DNA from: Bacteroidota bacterium
GTDB lineage: Bacteria > Bacteroidota > Bacteroidia > Chitinophagales > JADJOU01
DNA length: 64,000 nt
Direction: 5' to 3'
Assembly: GCA_016713645.1 (NCBI GenBank)
Contig: JADJOU010000005.1
Coordinates: 85,000 to 148,999, forward strand
The notes under the pieces are model-generated. The model searched no databases. It was not told where the DNA came from and saw nothing but the letters and a program-made list of their open reading frames with translations. Made by a program: the position numbers and the translations under genes. Below are positions 1 to 10,422 of this stretch, in pieces; the stretch's first letter is position 1, and each line of letters opens with the position of its first letter.

Positions 1-2311
1 CTGGTGGCGTAATAGAAATGGTATTATTCATAATTCTCGCTCTATATAGGAAGGTATTATTTGTAATATACAAACCATAAATGGTACCTGTTCCTAAGAA
101 ATTACCTCCAATCATATTGTTGGAAATTTCAAAACTATCAGAACCATTGAATCCTCCAGCTTGACCTGGACTTAAGAAATAAACCCCATAGGTTCCAGCA
201 TTATTGATTTTATTGCTTTTGAACTCAAACCCATCCCAATAATAAGCCAAAATTCCATAGTTAGATGTAACAGCAGATGGACTCATGGTAAAGGTATTCC
301 CATTGAATTTAATTCCATGTTGATAATACATATAACAACCATACTGATACATCCCTGTACAAATATTATTGGTAATCACATTCGACTCCGCTTGTGAGCC
401 AGTCGAATTACTCCATCCAATAGATACAATTGCATAGTAACCGCCAGTAATGGTATTGCTATCGATGGTATTGTAATCTGGAATATTTGCCACTGATGTA
501 GGGAAAGTCGTTACACTGGTTCCCAAACCATTCATGGCTATACCGCAATTTCTTGTATCTGTCATTGAACCCGTGATGACAATATTATTTCCTTTAACCG
601 TATTGCTATCAGAACCATTGCACAAGTTAAAACCTACACCCCAATTAGGGTCTAAAGTTCTTACTGTCATATTCTTCAAGGTGATCCACTTCGCACCAAT
701 CAAACGGAATACATGAGAAGATCCTTGAGATCCCCCTTGGAATTCTACTGTTTCTTTGGTCGCTCCTCCATTAATTGTAATTGTATTGGTTGGTGAAGAT
801 CCTGGGACAATTCCGTTGAAGATATTTTGCTCAACATAAGGGCCCGTTCCAGAAACGATATTGAATGTAACTGGACCACTGATACCACATGAATAAATCG
901 CATTGATTGCAGAGGCAATCGATGGGAAATTAGTCGCACTTATAGGAGAAGTCTTATCAATTGTAAATGTACCGGCAATGCTTGAACAATAAATATTGTA
1001 CAAGGAATCATTGCTCGTATTGTTATCTGCACTAGCATTTGGTGCACTTGTGAATATCAGCATGGTATTAAATCCTGCCACAAAAGTCTGACCAGGGAAA
1101 GTAATCGTCACCGTATCACAAGCATTCAAAGTTCCTGGCAAAGTTAGCGTCGTTGGTGTTCCATTCAATACTAGCGTTACATCGCCTGTTAACAAAGAAT
1201 TAGAGCCTGTATTTCTAACTCTTACTCTTATATCCGTTGTACCTGGTGTAATAGACAAAGTAGCAGGATTTAAAAGAGAATCAATACCCAAGTCATTGGT
1301 CACTGCTACAGCCTCATCCGCACCAATCGTCGTTGTACCACCTCTCGATTGCTCATCCATATCTGTTGTGATTCCAACATTAGGTGCTAAACCAGCACAG
1401 ATAAATGAAGAATTCACATGCAAATTGCTCGTAGAGACAAATCCTGGATTGGCATACTTAGAATTAATACCAAGACCTGTTGGCCATGCTGTACCTAAAT
1501 TTGCTTGAGTCATAATAGTACCCGCCCTATAAGCCAAGCTACCAGATGCGACATTATAGAATATATTGTAATCCATCGAATCTACATAAGTAGTAGATGA
1601 AATGTACAATGGATAATGCAAGGAACCATTCGTATTGGTACAAGCGAATATGTTATTCTTAATCGTATTATTCGCTCCAAAACTTACATATAAACCATAT
1701 GCATTCGAATTGTTATTATTCAAATTGTATGAATTGTGGAAGATATTCCAATTGGAATTCGTCGCACTAATCATCGTCAAATAAGTTGTAGCTGAAGCAA
1801 AATTAATGCCTCTTGAGAAGGTGTTATTTGCCAAGACATTTTTATTAGGTGCTGGATTACCTGCTCCAATTAAGTATGCTCCATAAGAATACAATGAATC
1901 AAAACGATTGTTAATAACTTCATGGAAATTAGGACTACTTGGACTACCTGACAAATAGAATGCATAGTGAGTGGTTTGACCTATTGTTCTCACTCTAAAG
2001 CGCATTGCGTTATTCTTAAATTTCATTACACAATTACTAGGTGCGTAAACACCCATGTAATATAAATTATCGAAATCATTATTTCTCAAATTCGTAACAT
2101 GGTTGCCATTATTTACATAGTTGGTAACCACATAATAAGCAAAATGTAAAATACTTGAATCACAAGTAAATGGACCAGTTCCAGAAGTATAGGCTCCTGT
2201 TATAGATGCTGTACTTCCGTTGATGACAATTCTACTCAACGTAGAACCTGGTGTCGCATTGAAGAATTGATTCAAGGTGTCTCCGATGATACACTTATTG
2301 AAACCGACAGG
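1..2311 (-). CDS. beta-helix/CARDB surface protein, piece 5 (partial, runs off the window edge)
   Basis: Minus-strand frame read by eye from 2311 to 1 with no stop seen; frame register confirmed at 2311, 988, 340 and 2. It starts PVGFNKCIIGDTLNQFFNATPGSTLSRIVING and contains ITTDMDEQSRGGTTTIGADE. It also contains the module-6 cap CSSIAGTFTIDKTSPISATNFPSIASAINAIYSCGISGPVTFNIV (TGT at 986-988). It is absent from the ORF track, presumably because it has no stop inside the window. Confidence 0.7.
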
Positions 2312-5300
2312 TCACAATTAAGCGCATGTACGTTCCAAGCAACACTTTGGTTAGAACTCAAGATACTCAAGTTTTTAAAGTAGATGTGTGAAGTACCACT
2401 CAAACGAATAATGTACTCACTACCTGGACCCGTAAAGAAATTAATACTTCTCGTATTTCTATCTACTCCATCAAAAGTAACTGTATTCACAGCAGATGAA
2501 CCTGGAATCAAAGGAATCACAATCTGCTCATAGTATGAACCAGGAGCTACTGTAAATACAACAGGACCAGAAATTCCACAACCCGTCATAGCAGCAACCG
2601 CCGCAGTGAATGATTGGTAGTTCACACTGCTCGCAGGCAAACTCGCATTGATTGTCATCGCACCAGAAAGACCAATACATCCATTGATATTAAATGAATC
2701 ATTCGCAATTCTAGAATCAACCACAGTGCTTGGACTATCGGTCCAAGTCTTAATTGTAATAGCTCCTGGAGCAAAGGTATATGGAGTTGTAAATGTAACT
2801 GTATCTGTTGCACATAATCCCAAAGAACCTGTCCATGCTTGTTTCACCTCAGTACCATTGATATTGTAATATACATTGGCAGAAGTTACGGTATTTGTTC
2901 CAAAGTTTTTCAATAAGACTTTGATGGTTTGTGAACCAGCAGAGGCAACTCCATTTGGAGGGTATATAAGACTAGCTATTCCTATATCATTATTTCCACC
3001 CAAGTGATCACAACCTGCTTGTGAAGTTCCACAACGTGGTAAATTATCAATATCATCCACTATCATCGGATGTGTATTGATTGTATACGCTGGAGAAGAA
3101 CCTGTTAAATGAAGATTTGTATTAGATACAAAATTTGGATTGCTGTGAATTGAAGCTAAATCTCTCGTAGGCATAGCCGCTTTCCAAGCTGCAAAAGTTG
3201 CATAGGTTGTACCATTAGATCCAAATGTCGCACCCGTAGTATAATATATATTGCTATCTACACTATTTGCAGAAGGAGAATAAATACATGCATTACCCCC
3301 TGATACTGCAAAAATATTGTGTCTAATCGTATTTGGTGATGATGGCAAATAAGCTGAATAATAGGTTCCTACTAAACTACTTGCAGCCATCGTCGAGTTA
3401 TTGTAGACATTCCAGTTACCTCCAGAGAGATAAAGCGGGTAACACGTGGAAGAACCACCTACCATAAGCATATTATTGTTACACTGACTGCCCGCGGCTA
3501 CTGTATTGGTATTGTATATACCATAACCGCCATTTGGATTCAAAACTTTATTCTTATTAAAGTATTGTAACATCGAACTTGATGAAGTACAATAAATTCC
3601 GTAGAAATTAGTATACGAAGTATTCGTTGTAATGGTGTTACCGCTCATTACAACTGGATTTCCAGAGCTATTCGCCCATGTATGGTAAATCCCCGCATAA
3701 TATTGATTATTCATCGTGTTATTGGTAAACACAACACCATAGTTGTATCTAGCTGGCGCAGTTAAGATGATACCGATTGATCCATTGTTCATCGTACAAT
3801 TAGTAACCGTATCGCGATAATTATCTCCCGTAGCACCTTCCGCCATATCTACACATGCATGTGATGGAGAAGCTGTTAATGTTGAAGTAGATGCAGTTGT
3901 ATTGAATACACAACCCTCGACCTTATTATCTCTTGCATCGAAAATAATCTTCAACAAACCACCCCAAGTCGCGTTCGTTGTTGTGAATGTCATATTTCTC
4001 AACTTGATAAAGTCTGCACCATTCAAGAATAAGATATGATTATTCGCATATGAAGTTTGTCCGTTAAAAGTCAAAGTGACATTTGCTGGATTTCCAGAAG
4101 CCGATTGAATTGTCAAAGGAGCAGAAGCGCTTACCCCAGAGATTGGTGTTAAAGTCCACTGTCCTGTATAGGTTCCATTGGCAATATTTACTGTCGTTGC
4201 AGCGCTAACACCACAAGAATTCAACTTAGCAATCATTGCATCGATGGTTTGGAAATTCGTACTTGATGCAGGTAATCCAGCATCAACGGTATAAACTCCC
4301 GCCATCGCACCACCGCACAAGTAAGAATTCAAAGTATCATTCAATTGATATCCATCTGTTGTTCCGTTTGGATTTGATGTGAAAGAAATTAAGGTATCAT
4401 TATTACCAGTATTGTTATACTGCATCGCACCAGTAAAAGTTACATTCGTAGAAGCATTAGGAGCCAAAGTTCCAGTCCAACCAATCGTATGCAATGTACC
4501 CAAGTTTCCAGCTTTATAGCTCACATCCGCAGAGGTAATCGCCACCAATCCGAAATTCTTAAAAGTAACTGTAACATCTTGCAATCCACCCGCTGGGAAT
4601 TGAGTAGGAGCGACTAAAGCTGTTACCCCAATATTCTCTGCCGGAGGTGTAAATTCATCTGCTCTAATATCAACGGTACCACCACCGATAGGTCTTGTAT
4701 CCCCATCAATATCTGTTGTGACAAAAGTATTGACCCCAACATCATTCAATGTAGGTGCAAAAGTATGCAAATTTGACATTGGATTGATCAATTGCGGATC
4801 TACATTAAGACAAGAAGAAGTATTTTGACCGCTAATGGCTGGGCCTATCCATGTATTACCTGTATAAGCGGTTGTACCAAATACAATTGGCGATGCACCC
4901 GCATTATCTGTCCATACATCATTATGGCTAAATGAAGTTGAATTCAAGAATGGATTGACTGTAAAATAAGAATACAAGGCATATGACCCACTTGTATTTC
5001 CATAGTTAAAGAAAATATTATTCTTCATTTCATTGCCTGTATTCCAAGTATTTGTATTATAGAAGTATACATAATACCCTCCTGTATTGCTTCCTTGACC
5101 GACGGTATTATGGAAGTAATCACAATTTCTGGAATAATACCAAAAAGCCGGATAAGCATAAACTAAACTACCTTTTCTAGCTCCACCTATCATATTATTG
5201 GAAACTTCACTTCTCGAAATCTCTGTTCCATTATTAAACGCATTTCCTAAATTTTGCAAATACATCCCTGAATAATAGAAATTATTAATTTTATTCTTTC

Positions 5301-6075
5301 TGATATGCGTATAATCACAATACTGCACATTCATACTATAATAACTCGTTGAGTTAAATACACAGGTATCGATTGTATTTCCAGTGATTTCACTTGAGTC
5401 ATAACAATACACATTTATACCATGCGCATACGTATTGGTAATAAAGTTATTGATAATACTCAATCTCTTGCCCATATTGGCTGGAGTTGTTACGCCTGAA
5501 CCATTTCCATAAGCCGTGATTCCATAAAAACCCCCTCTGATTCTATTGCCCATCAACAATGTCGTTCTGGCATTAAAACCTGTGCCTGTAACGGATGTTC
5601 CATTTGATGAAATCGCAATACCTGCAGAATTACTAGCAGATGTTGAAGCTAAATTGATATTACAGTCTTGAATTGTATTTGAATCAGCATTTGTCGTCAA
5701 AAATACTCCTGCACAAACAGTAAGACTTGGATTGTTAATTGTCAAATTCTTGAACACAAGATTTCGTGCATTGACAATTCTAATAACCGCTTGCTGATTG
5801 CTTATCGTCGTATTGAACCAGATCATCTCTTTCGTTCCTCCTCCATCTACAGTGATTTTATTAATGGAATTCATTCCCGTGATTGGACCATTGATGACCA
5901 ATTGCTCGTTATAAGGACCAGAGCCTGGAACGACATTCAACGTCACCGCGCCTGCAACTGTTCCCAATCGAATCATCGAGAAGGCTTCATTGAAAGAAGT
6001 AAAGTTGGTCGTGCTCAATGGTTGATTTTTGTTGATTGTATACACCCCTGAATAAGGCAAAGTATAGGTGTACAT
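2272..6075 (-). CDS. beta-helix/CARDB surface protein, piece 4 (modules 3, 4 and start of 5)
   Basis: 1267-aa ORF with three module caps: YSGVYTINKNQPLSTTNF, CGGAMAGVYTVDAGLPASSTNF and CIGLSGAMTINASLPASSVNY. Contains TTDIDGDTRPIGGGTVDIRADE and CARDB-like segments (VTVTFKNFGLVAITSADVSY; IKVLLKNFGTNTVTSANVYY). The tail LNCDLSVSISVSSETP is out-of-frame sequence after a frameshift near 2315-2322. Confidence 0.75.
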   Translation of the reverse strand: MYTYTLPYSGVYTINKNQPLSTTNFTSFNEAFSMIRLGTVAGAVTLNVVPGSGPYNEQLVINGPITGMNSINKITVDGGGTKEMIWFNTTISNQQAVIRIVNARNLVFKNLTINNPSLTVCAGVFLTTNADSNTIQDCNINLASTSASNSAGIAISSNGTSVTGTGFNARTTLLMGNRIRGGFYGITAYGNGSGVTTPANMGKRLSIINNFITNTYAHGINVYCYDSSEITGNTIDTCVFNSTSYYSMNVQYCDYTHIRKNKINNFYYSGMYLQNLGNAFNNGTEISRSEVSNNMIGGARKGSLVYAYPAFWYYSRNCDYFHNTVGQGSNTGGYYVYFYNTNTWNTGNEMKNNIFFNYGNTSGSYALYSYFTVNPFLNSTSFSHNDVWTDNAGASPIVFGTTAYTGNTWIGPAISGQNTSSCLNVDPQLINPMSNLHTFAPTLNDVGVNTFVTTDIDGDTRPIGGGTVDIRADEFTPPAENIGVTALVAPTQFPAGGLQDVTVTFKNFGLVAITSADVSYKAGNLGTLHTIGWTGTLAPNASTNVTFTGAMQYNNTGNNDTLISFTSNPNGTTDGYQLNDTLNSYLCGGAMAGVYTVDAGLPASSTNFQTIDAMIAKLNSCGVSAATTVNIANGTYTGQWTLTPISGVSASAPLTIQSASGNPANVTLTFNGQTSYANNHILFLNGADFIKLRNMTFTTTNATWGGLLKIIFDARDNKVEGCVFNTTASTSTLTASPSHACVDMAEGATGDNYRDTVTNCTMNNGSIGIILTAPARYNYGVVFTNNTMNNQYYAGIYHTWANSSGNPVVMSGNTITTNTSYTNFYGIYCTSSSSMLQYFNKNKVLNPNGGYGIYNTNTVAAGSQCNNNMLMVGGSSTCYPLYLSGGNWNVYNNSTMAASSLVGTYYSAYLPSSPNTIRHNIFAVSGGNACIYSPSANSVDSNIYYTTGATFGSNGTTYATFAAWKAAMPTRDLASIHSNPNFVSNTNLHLTGSSPAYTINTHPMIVDDIDNLPRCGTSQAGCDHLGGNNDIGIASLIYPPNGVASAGSQTIKVLLKNFGTNTVTSANVYYNINGTEVKQAWTGSLGLCATDTVTFTTPYTFAPGAITIKTWTDSPSTVVDSRIANDSFNINGCIGLSGAMTINASLPASSVNYQSFTAAVAAMTGCGISGPVVFTVAPGSYYEQIVIPLIPGSSAVNTVTFDGVDRNTRSINFFTGPGSEYIIRLSGTSHIYFKNLSILSSNQSVAWNVHALNCDLSVSISVSSETP

Positions 6076-8575
6076 TCGTTCCTCCTCCTGTGAAAGTCGC
6101 TTGAATAGTAAATGATAATAAGGTATCGCTATAAGAACATGGCTGCAAATTCACCCCGAAAGACTGAGTCGTCGGCGCACCGCCATTGACTGTATAGTTC
6201 ATCGTCAATTGATTGATCGCGGTTGTTCCTGAATTTCTCACTCTGAAAGTCACCGTTGTAGGTAGACCTATCGTCACTGTTGTAGGAGCTGTAATTTCAT
6301 AGACACTTGCATCAAATGCATTGGTAGTCGTATACTCATCACAACCTCTATCTGGTGTTGCAGATCTAGCTGTTCCATCGAAATCTCCCAATAATGGCAA
6401 TTTAGAAGCATTATAAGCAGACCAAAATCCATTGTCCGCAGAACAAGATGCCTGAGTATGTAAGTCCGTTTTAGACGTAAAGCTCAATAATGAGCGGAAT
6501 GAACCACCAAATACTGCTGAATTTTCGCAATATCCATAAGTCACAACATTCGCTGCTGTTCTAAATGAATTGAATCCAACTTGCGTATTTACATAACCTC
6601 CGCCATTCCAAAACAAGAAAGTTCCCGAAGTGTTTGAGCCATAGACGTTATTGTTGTAATGCATCGAAGTCCCATTTGGATACAAATAAGCTGCATAACC
6701 CGAAGTAGTTGCTGTTCCACCCCCTGTATTCATAAAGATATTATTTCTAACGGTGTCACCTGTCATAAATGAACTAAAATAAGCTGCATAGGCAGACGTA
6801 TTCGGGGCAGTGATATTCACAGTATTGTAATAAATATCTAGATAATTACATGATGATATGAAATAAAGACCGTAAGATGTAGTTACAGCAAAATTACCAG
6901 TTATGGCAATCATATTATTGGTCACATACCCCTTATTTTGAAGAGATCCTGTTCCACTAGAATTCAATTGAGAATTATAAATTCCATAAAGCTGTTGGTT
7001 CGCATATGCCGATGTCAAGGTAATTTTATTGCCGACAATCACTGGTCTTCTAAAATTTCCACTCGTATAAATACCATAATTAGTTGTATTAGAATTATTA
7101 CAAGAAATCGTATTCCCTATGATGGCCACTGAGTCTTGGTAATAAGAGTAGATACCAGCATAATAATGGTTAATCAAATTATTCCCAATAAAGGCATTCC
7201 CTTGAGAATAAGTGCCATTGCTCAAAATCGTAGAACCTTGAAAATATATCCCCGCATATCCACCAGTCACCGTATTTCCTACTATTGTATTAAAGGTATC
7301 TCTTGAATTACTCTGGAAAAAACCATAGAAATTGAGATTCCCTGTAAATCCATTCAAGATACAATTAGAGATGGAATCTCTATGCGCTCCATTTCTAAAC
7401 CAAACCCCATAAGCAGTGAAATTGTAATTATTATTGATGGTAAATCTGTCAAAAGTCACCCAGTCAGCACCATTCAAATCAATCGCAGCGCTTGATGAAC
7501 TTACATTCGCATTGATAATACAAAGTGCAGGATTGCCAGAAGCAGATCTAAATCGAATATTGTTAGCAGCAGAGGCTCCAGTTATTTGAGGAAGAACGAC
7601 ATTCTCGTTATAGGTTCCATTGGCTACATTGAATGTGATTGGGCCATTGGCGCCTGCACAAACCAAAGCACTTGTTGCTGCCGCAAAACTGACAAAATTT
7701 GTCGGTCCAGAACCAGCAGGGTCAATCGTATAGGTTCCAGACATGGCACCGCATAAATTGAATTGAGCGGTATCATTATTCACCACAGAATCCATCGAGC
7801 CGTTTGGTGCATCCGTAAACACTTTGAATACGTTATTACCTGCAACCATGGTTGGATTTGTAGCAAAAGTATAATTCGTAGAAGCACATGGAGCCAATCC
7901 CAAAGCCACAATTGCTTCAGTCGTCGTTGCGCCATTATTGCTATAAGAAATATTCCCTGTATTCCATGTCGCCGTTCCATAGTTCTTAATCACCACTTGA
8001 CAAGGCGCGCCAGAACCCGGAATGATTGGAGAACCAGGAGTCGTAATAGAAACTACACCCACTTCATCTGCATAGCCACTGGTCGATTCATCAGCTCCAA
8101 CATCTGGCGTCGAACCAATTGCATCGCCATCGATATCTGTTGTTCTATACAAATTCGCTCCCAAACCCGTCGTGATTGAATTATTACAAGTTACACGTGT
8201 ATGCAAATCTGTAGCTGAAATATAATTTGGATTGGTATTCGTCGTATTGGCACCAATTCCCATCGCTGGGAATACCAATTTGTAATTGCTCGCAGTTGTC
8301 AATATCGTTCCGCCTAGATAAGCCATATTCGGCGGTGTCGCAGCGGTGAAGATATTATTGTAATCCATCGTATCGACATAGTTGGTCGAATTAGATTGAA
8401 TGTAAATAGGATAAGAAGTATAAGATCCTGGATTCGGGAAAGCGATATTATTTGCCCAAATTCTAACACTATTATTTGCTGCTCCAAAACCAACTACATA
8501 AATTCCATAACTGGTTGAACCGGCAAAATTATAGTTGATGCTATTATGGGCCACTTTCCAATAGGATGTTTGCAA
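5987..8575 (-). CDS. beta-helix/CARDB surface protein, piece 3 (end of module 1, module 2)
   Basis: 862-aa ORF containing TTDIDGDAIGSTPDVGADE and CARDB-like CQVVIKNYGTATWNTGNISY. Module-2 cap is CGAMSGTYTIDPAGSGPTNFVSFAAATSALVCAGANGPITFNV. Also has many x-YGIY coils and LGDFDGTARSATPDRGCDE. The last ~25 aa are out of frame and overlap the next piece. Confidence 0.75.
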   Translation of the reverse strand: MQTSYWKVAHNSINYNFAGSTSYGIYVVGFGAANNSVRIWANNIAFPNPGSYTSYPIYIQSNSTNYVDTMDYNNIFTAATPPNMAYLGGTILTTASNYKLVFPAMGIGANTTNTNPNYISATDLHTRVTCNNSITTGLGANLYRTTDIDGDAIGSTPDVGADESTSGYADEVGVVSITTPGSPIIPGSGAPCQVVIKNYGTATWNTGNISYSNNGATTTEAIVALGLAPCASTNYTFATNPTMVAGNNVFKVFTDAPNGSMDSVVNNDTAQFNLCGAMSGTYTIDPAGSGPTNFVSFAAATSALVCAGANGPITFNVANGTYNENVVLPQITGASAANNIRFRSASGNPALCIINANVSSSSAAIDLNGADWVTFDRFTINNNYNFTAYGVWFRNGAHRDSISNCILNGFTGNLNFYGFFQSNSRDTFNTIVGNTVTGGYAGIYFQGSTILSNGTYSQGNAFIGNNLINHYYAGIYSYYQDSVAIIGNTISCNNSNTTNYGIYTSGNFRRPVIVGNKITLTSAYANQQLYGIYNSQLNSSGTGSLQNKGYVTNNMIAITGNFAVTTSYGLYFISSCNYLDIYYNTVNITAPNTSAYAAYFSSFMTGDTVRNNIFMNTGGGTATTSGYAAYLYPNGTSMHYNNNVYGSNTSGTFLFWNGGGYVNTQVGFNSFRTAANVVTYGYCENSAVFGGSFRSLLSFTSKTDLHTQASCSADNGFWSAYNASKLPLLGDFDGTARSATPDRGCDEYTTTNAFDASVYEITAPTTVTIGLPTTVTFRVRNSGTTAINQLTMNYTVNGGAPTTQSFGVNLQPCSYSDTLLSFTIQATFTGGGTNVHLYFALFRGVYNQQKSTIEHDQLYFFQ

Positions 8576-8733
8576 TAAATTCCTGCTCCAAAACCTGTTC
8601 TAAATCCTGTGATCATATTATCATGGATAGACCCTTTAGCTGCCGAAGGATTTGTTCCGTTTTGAATATAAATTCCATAAGATCCCGCATTTTGAATATT
8701 GTTATTTCCAATTTCCATAGTCGTTGTAGTCAA
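8494..8733 (-). CDS. beta-helix/CARDB surface protein, piece 2 (short fragment)
   Basis: 79-aa ORF (TTG start) reading EIGNNNIQNAGSYGIYIQNGTNPSAAKGSIHDNMITGF, which is typical coil sequence. It is in the same reading frame as 8800..10422 (10422-8733 = 1689 = 563 codons). It shifts into the 5987..8575 frame near 8560-8575. Confidence 0.6.
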   Translation of the reverse strand: MTTTTMEIGNNNIQNAGSYGIYIQNGTNPSAAKGSIHDNMITGFRTGFGAGIYCKHPIGKWPIIASTIILPVQPVMEFM

Positions 8734-8799
8734 AGTACCACCACTTACAATAAATACCCTAAGTTCCAGTTGTCGTAGTTCTAGGGCTAATAAAATTGT

Positions 8800-10422
8800 T
8801 CAAAACTTTAAATCCCTGTGTTCACCTTGAATAAAGAATGGATAAATATATTGGTTGATAATTGTATTTCTGCTAAAAGTATTGGTATTAGCAACAGTCG
8901 TTACGGCAGATATAATTCCATAGTAATTGGCAAAGTCCAAATTATTACTATCGATATTACATTGATTCGTTGTTGTTCCGCCAGTCATGCCGCTAAAGTT
9001 TGAGGTTGCTCCACAAATTGCCAAACCAGAATAGTTTCCACTCGTACTCGCAGTTCCACCGATAGCATGTGCCGCTCCTCTATATTCCAATGCATTTCTT
9101 CTCACATTACAAGAAGTCGTTGCACGCAATTGAAATAAGATATTCGAAGAAGATGAAGAGGTCGCTTCTTCTCTTCTAATTTTGAAATTTCTAAAAGTGA
9201 CAAAACTACAATTCGCCAATAAGACGCCATAATAGTTTACAGAGTTAATCGCTAGTCTAATAATGGTATTCGACGTATCGGCACCTTGGATCGTCACCGT
9301 ATTTACTGCACTAGCACCCGGAATGGTAACTGTAATATTTGGATTCTCCCAATACGTATTTGCTGCAACATTGATTGTCGTCGCACCAGAAACTCCCGTT
9401 ACTTGAAGTGCATTGAGTGCATGTTGAATCGTTGGGAAATTTCTCGTTCCTGTCGTTGTTCTATCTACTGTATAGGAACCAGACATATTATTGATTGCAG
9501 ATGCAAAAAATGTAAACCAAACCAATGAGTCATTATTGACAGTTGGAGGAGCTACACCATTTACGGTTTCAATCCAAGTTTGAATTCTATTTACTTCACC
9601 AGAGACAAGGCCTGTCATCAATGTTGGAGAAGTAATCGCTAATTCGCTACCTACTGACCAGTTAGAAGCAATCGCTACAGTCGCTGTTGTCGGTGCTCCA
9701 CCGTTTACGCTATATCCTATAACCACATTCGAACCAGAAGGGACAACTGCCGTACCGATATTTCTAGCCCACAAACTAATTGCTGGCATATTTGTTATCG
9801 AAGCAAAATTTGCTGGCAAGTTTGAACGCGTAATTGCAGCGTCTGTTGTCGTTGCATTTTTAATCACGATTTGATAATCGATGACGACACCACTTGTTGT
9901 CAATGCACATGGCGAAGGATTGCCTCCTACATCCCCTGCAATTCTCAAGCGATATACTCCTGCAGGAACTCCGAAAGGAACATTGATTGTTCCCGCAGTA
10001 ACTGTTCCAGCCAATCCAATAACACCAGAATTGTGCATCAATTCACCCCCGTTATTTGGACCGACAAAAGCCGTCTCGTTGAATACACCATTCTTATTCC
10101 AGTCTACCCAAATTCGAACTCTTTCGTTCGCAACTGTATTCGTATATGAAAATGACATTGTTGACGAACCGGCATTCACGCCTCCCGCCAAAAACTGATT
10201 CATATTATCGAAATACACTTGGGTACCTGCACCACTATAAGCGGTATAAGTAGTTCCACCAAAAGCCATCGCACTAAAGCCTATACCAGTGGTATACCCG
10301 TTCGTCGTGATGTTTTTGCAATAGTTCAGAGACTCAGTATTGTTTTGTGCAATAAGCTGAACCCCCGACAGAATGAGACAAGCGCTGAGCATTGTCTTGA
10401 GGTAAGTAGAGAAATTTCCCAT
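8800..10422 (-). CDS. beta-helix/CARDB surface protein, piece 1 (signal peptide, GEVED-like domain, CARDB-like domain, module 1)
   Basis: Signal peptide at the N-terminus. GEVED-like segment YCKN..RIWVDWNKNGVFNE..GVYRLRIAG..PCALTTSGVVIDYQIVI. CARDB-like region at roughly aa 195-305. Cap MSGSYTVDRTTTGTRNFPTIQHALNALQVTGVSGATTINVAANTYWENPNITVTIPGASAVNTVTIQG. Confidence 0.75.
   Translation of the reverse strand: MGNFSTYLKTMLSACLILSGVQLIAQNNTESLNYCKNITTNGYTTGIGFSAMAFGGTTYTAYSGAGTQVYFDNMNQFLAGGVNAGSSTMSFSYTNTVANERVRIWVDWNKNGVFNETAFVGPNNGGELMHNSGVIGLAGTVTAGTINVPFGVPAGVYRLRIAGDVGGNPSPCALTTSGVVIDYQIVIKNATTTDAAITRSNLPANFASITNMPAISLWARNIGTAVVPSGSNVVIGYSVNGGAPTTATVAIASNWSVGSELAITSPTLMTGLVSGEVNRIQTWIETVNGVAPPTVNNDSLVWFTFFASAINNMSGSYTVDRTTTGTRNFPTIQHALNALQVTGVSGATTINVAANTYWENPNITVTIPGASAVNTVTIQGADTSNTIIRLAINSVNYYGVLLANCSFVTFRNFKIRREEATSSSSSNILFQLRATTSCNVRRNALEYRGAAHAIGGTASTSGNYSGLAICGATSNFSGMTGGTTTNQCNIDSNNLDFANYYGIISAVTTVANTNTFSRNTIINQYIYPFFIQGEHRDLKF

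Larger units (their letters stand above)
1..10422 (-). pseudogene. Giant modular parallel-beta-helix / CARDB-like secreted surface protein locus. It reads as one >3470-codon unit but is split into 5 ORF pieces in this assembly. The 3' end lies beyond position 1.
   Basis: Signal peptide MGNFSTYLKTMLSACLILSGVQLIAQ at 10422, then a GEVED-like N-domain. Six divergent ~550-580 aa modules begin near 9486, 7753, 6060, 4317, 2679 and 988. Each module has a cap (G-x-YT-[IV]-D..NF..CG[IV]SG..[TV]FN[IV]..GSSAVNT[IV]T), N/T/G/S/Y-rich coils with recurring YGIY, a D-[IFM]-D-G..R..G-[AC]-D-E motif, then a CARDB-like Ig domain. ORF pieces abut or overlap at 2272-2311, 5987-6075, 8494-8575 and 8733-8802. Confidence 0.7.

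Noticed and set aside
7763-8179. Plus-strand ORFs inside the giant minus-strand genes and smc (e.g. 2648-2869, 7763-8179, 9881-10198, 47355-47693, 55027-55389)
   Set aside because: These are shadow ORFs antisense to strongly supported genes. Their translations are low-complexity or Cys/Arg/Ile-rich with no recognisable motifs.
8800-8802. TGA at 8800 as a simple in-frame nonsense mutation joining ORFs 8800..10422 and 8494..8733
   Set aside because: Although the two ORFs share a frame, the translation either side of the TGA is not protein-like. The TGA is better explained as an out-of-frame stop exposed by a local double frameshift (see the finding at 8745-8815).
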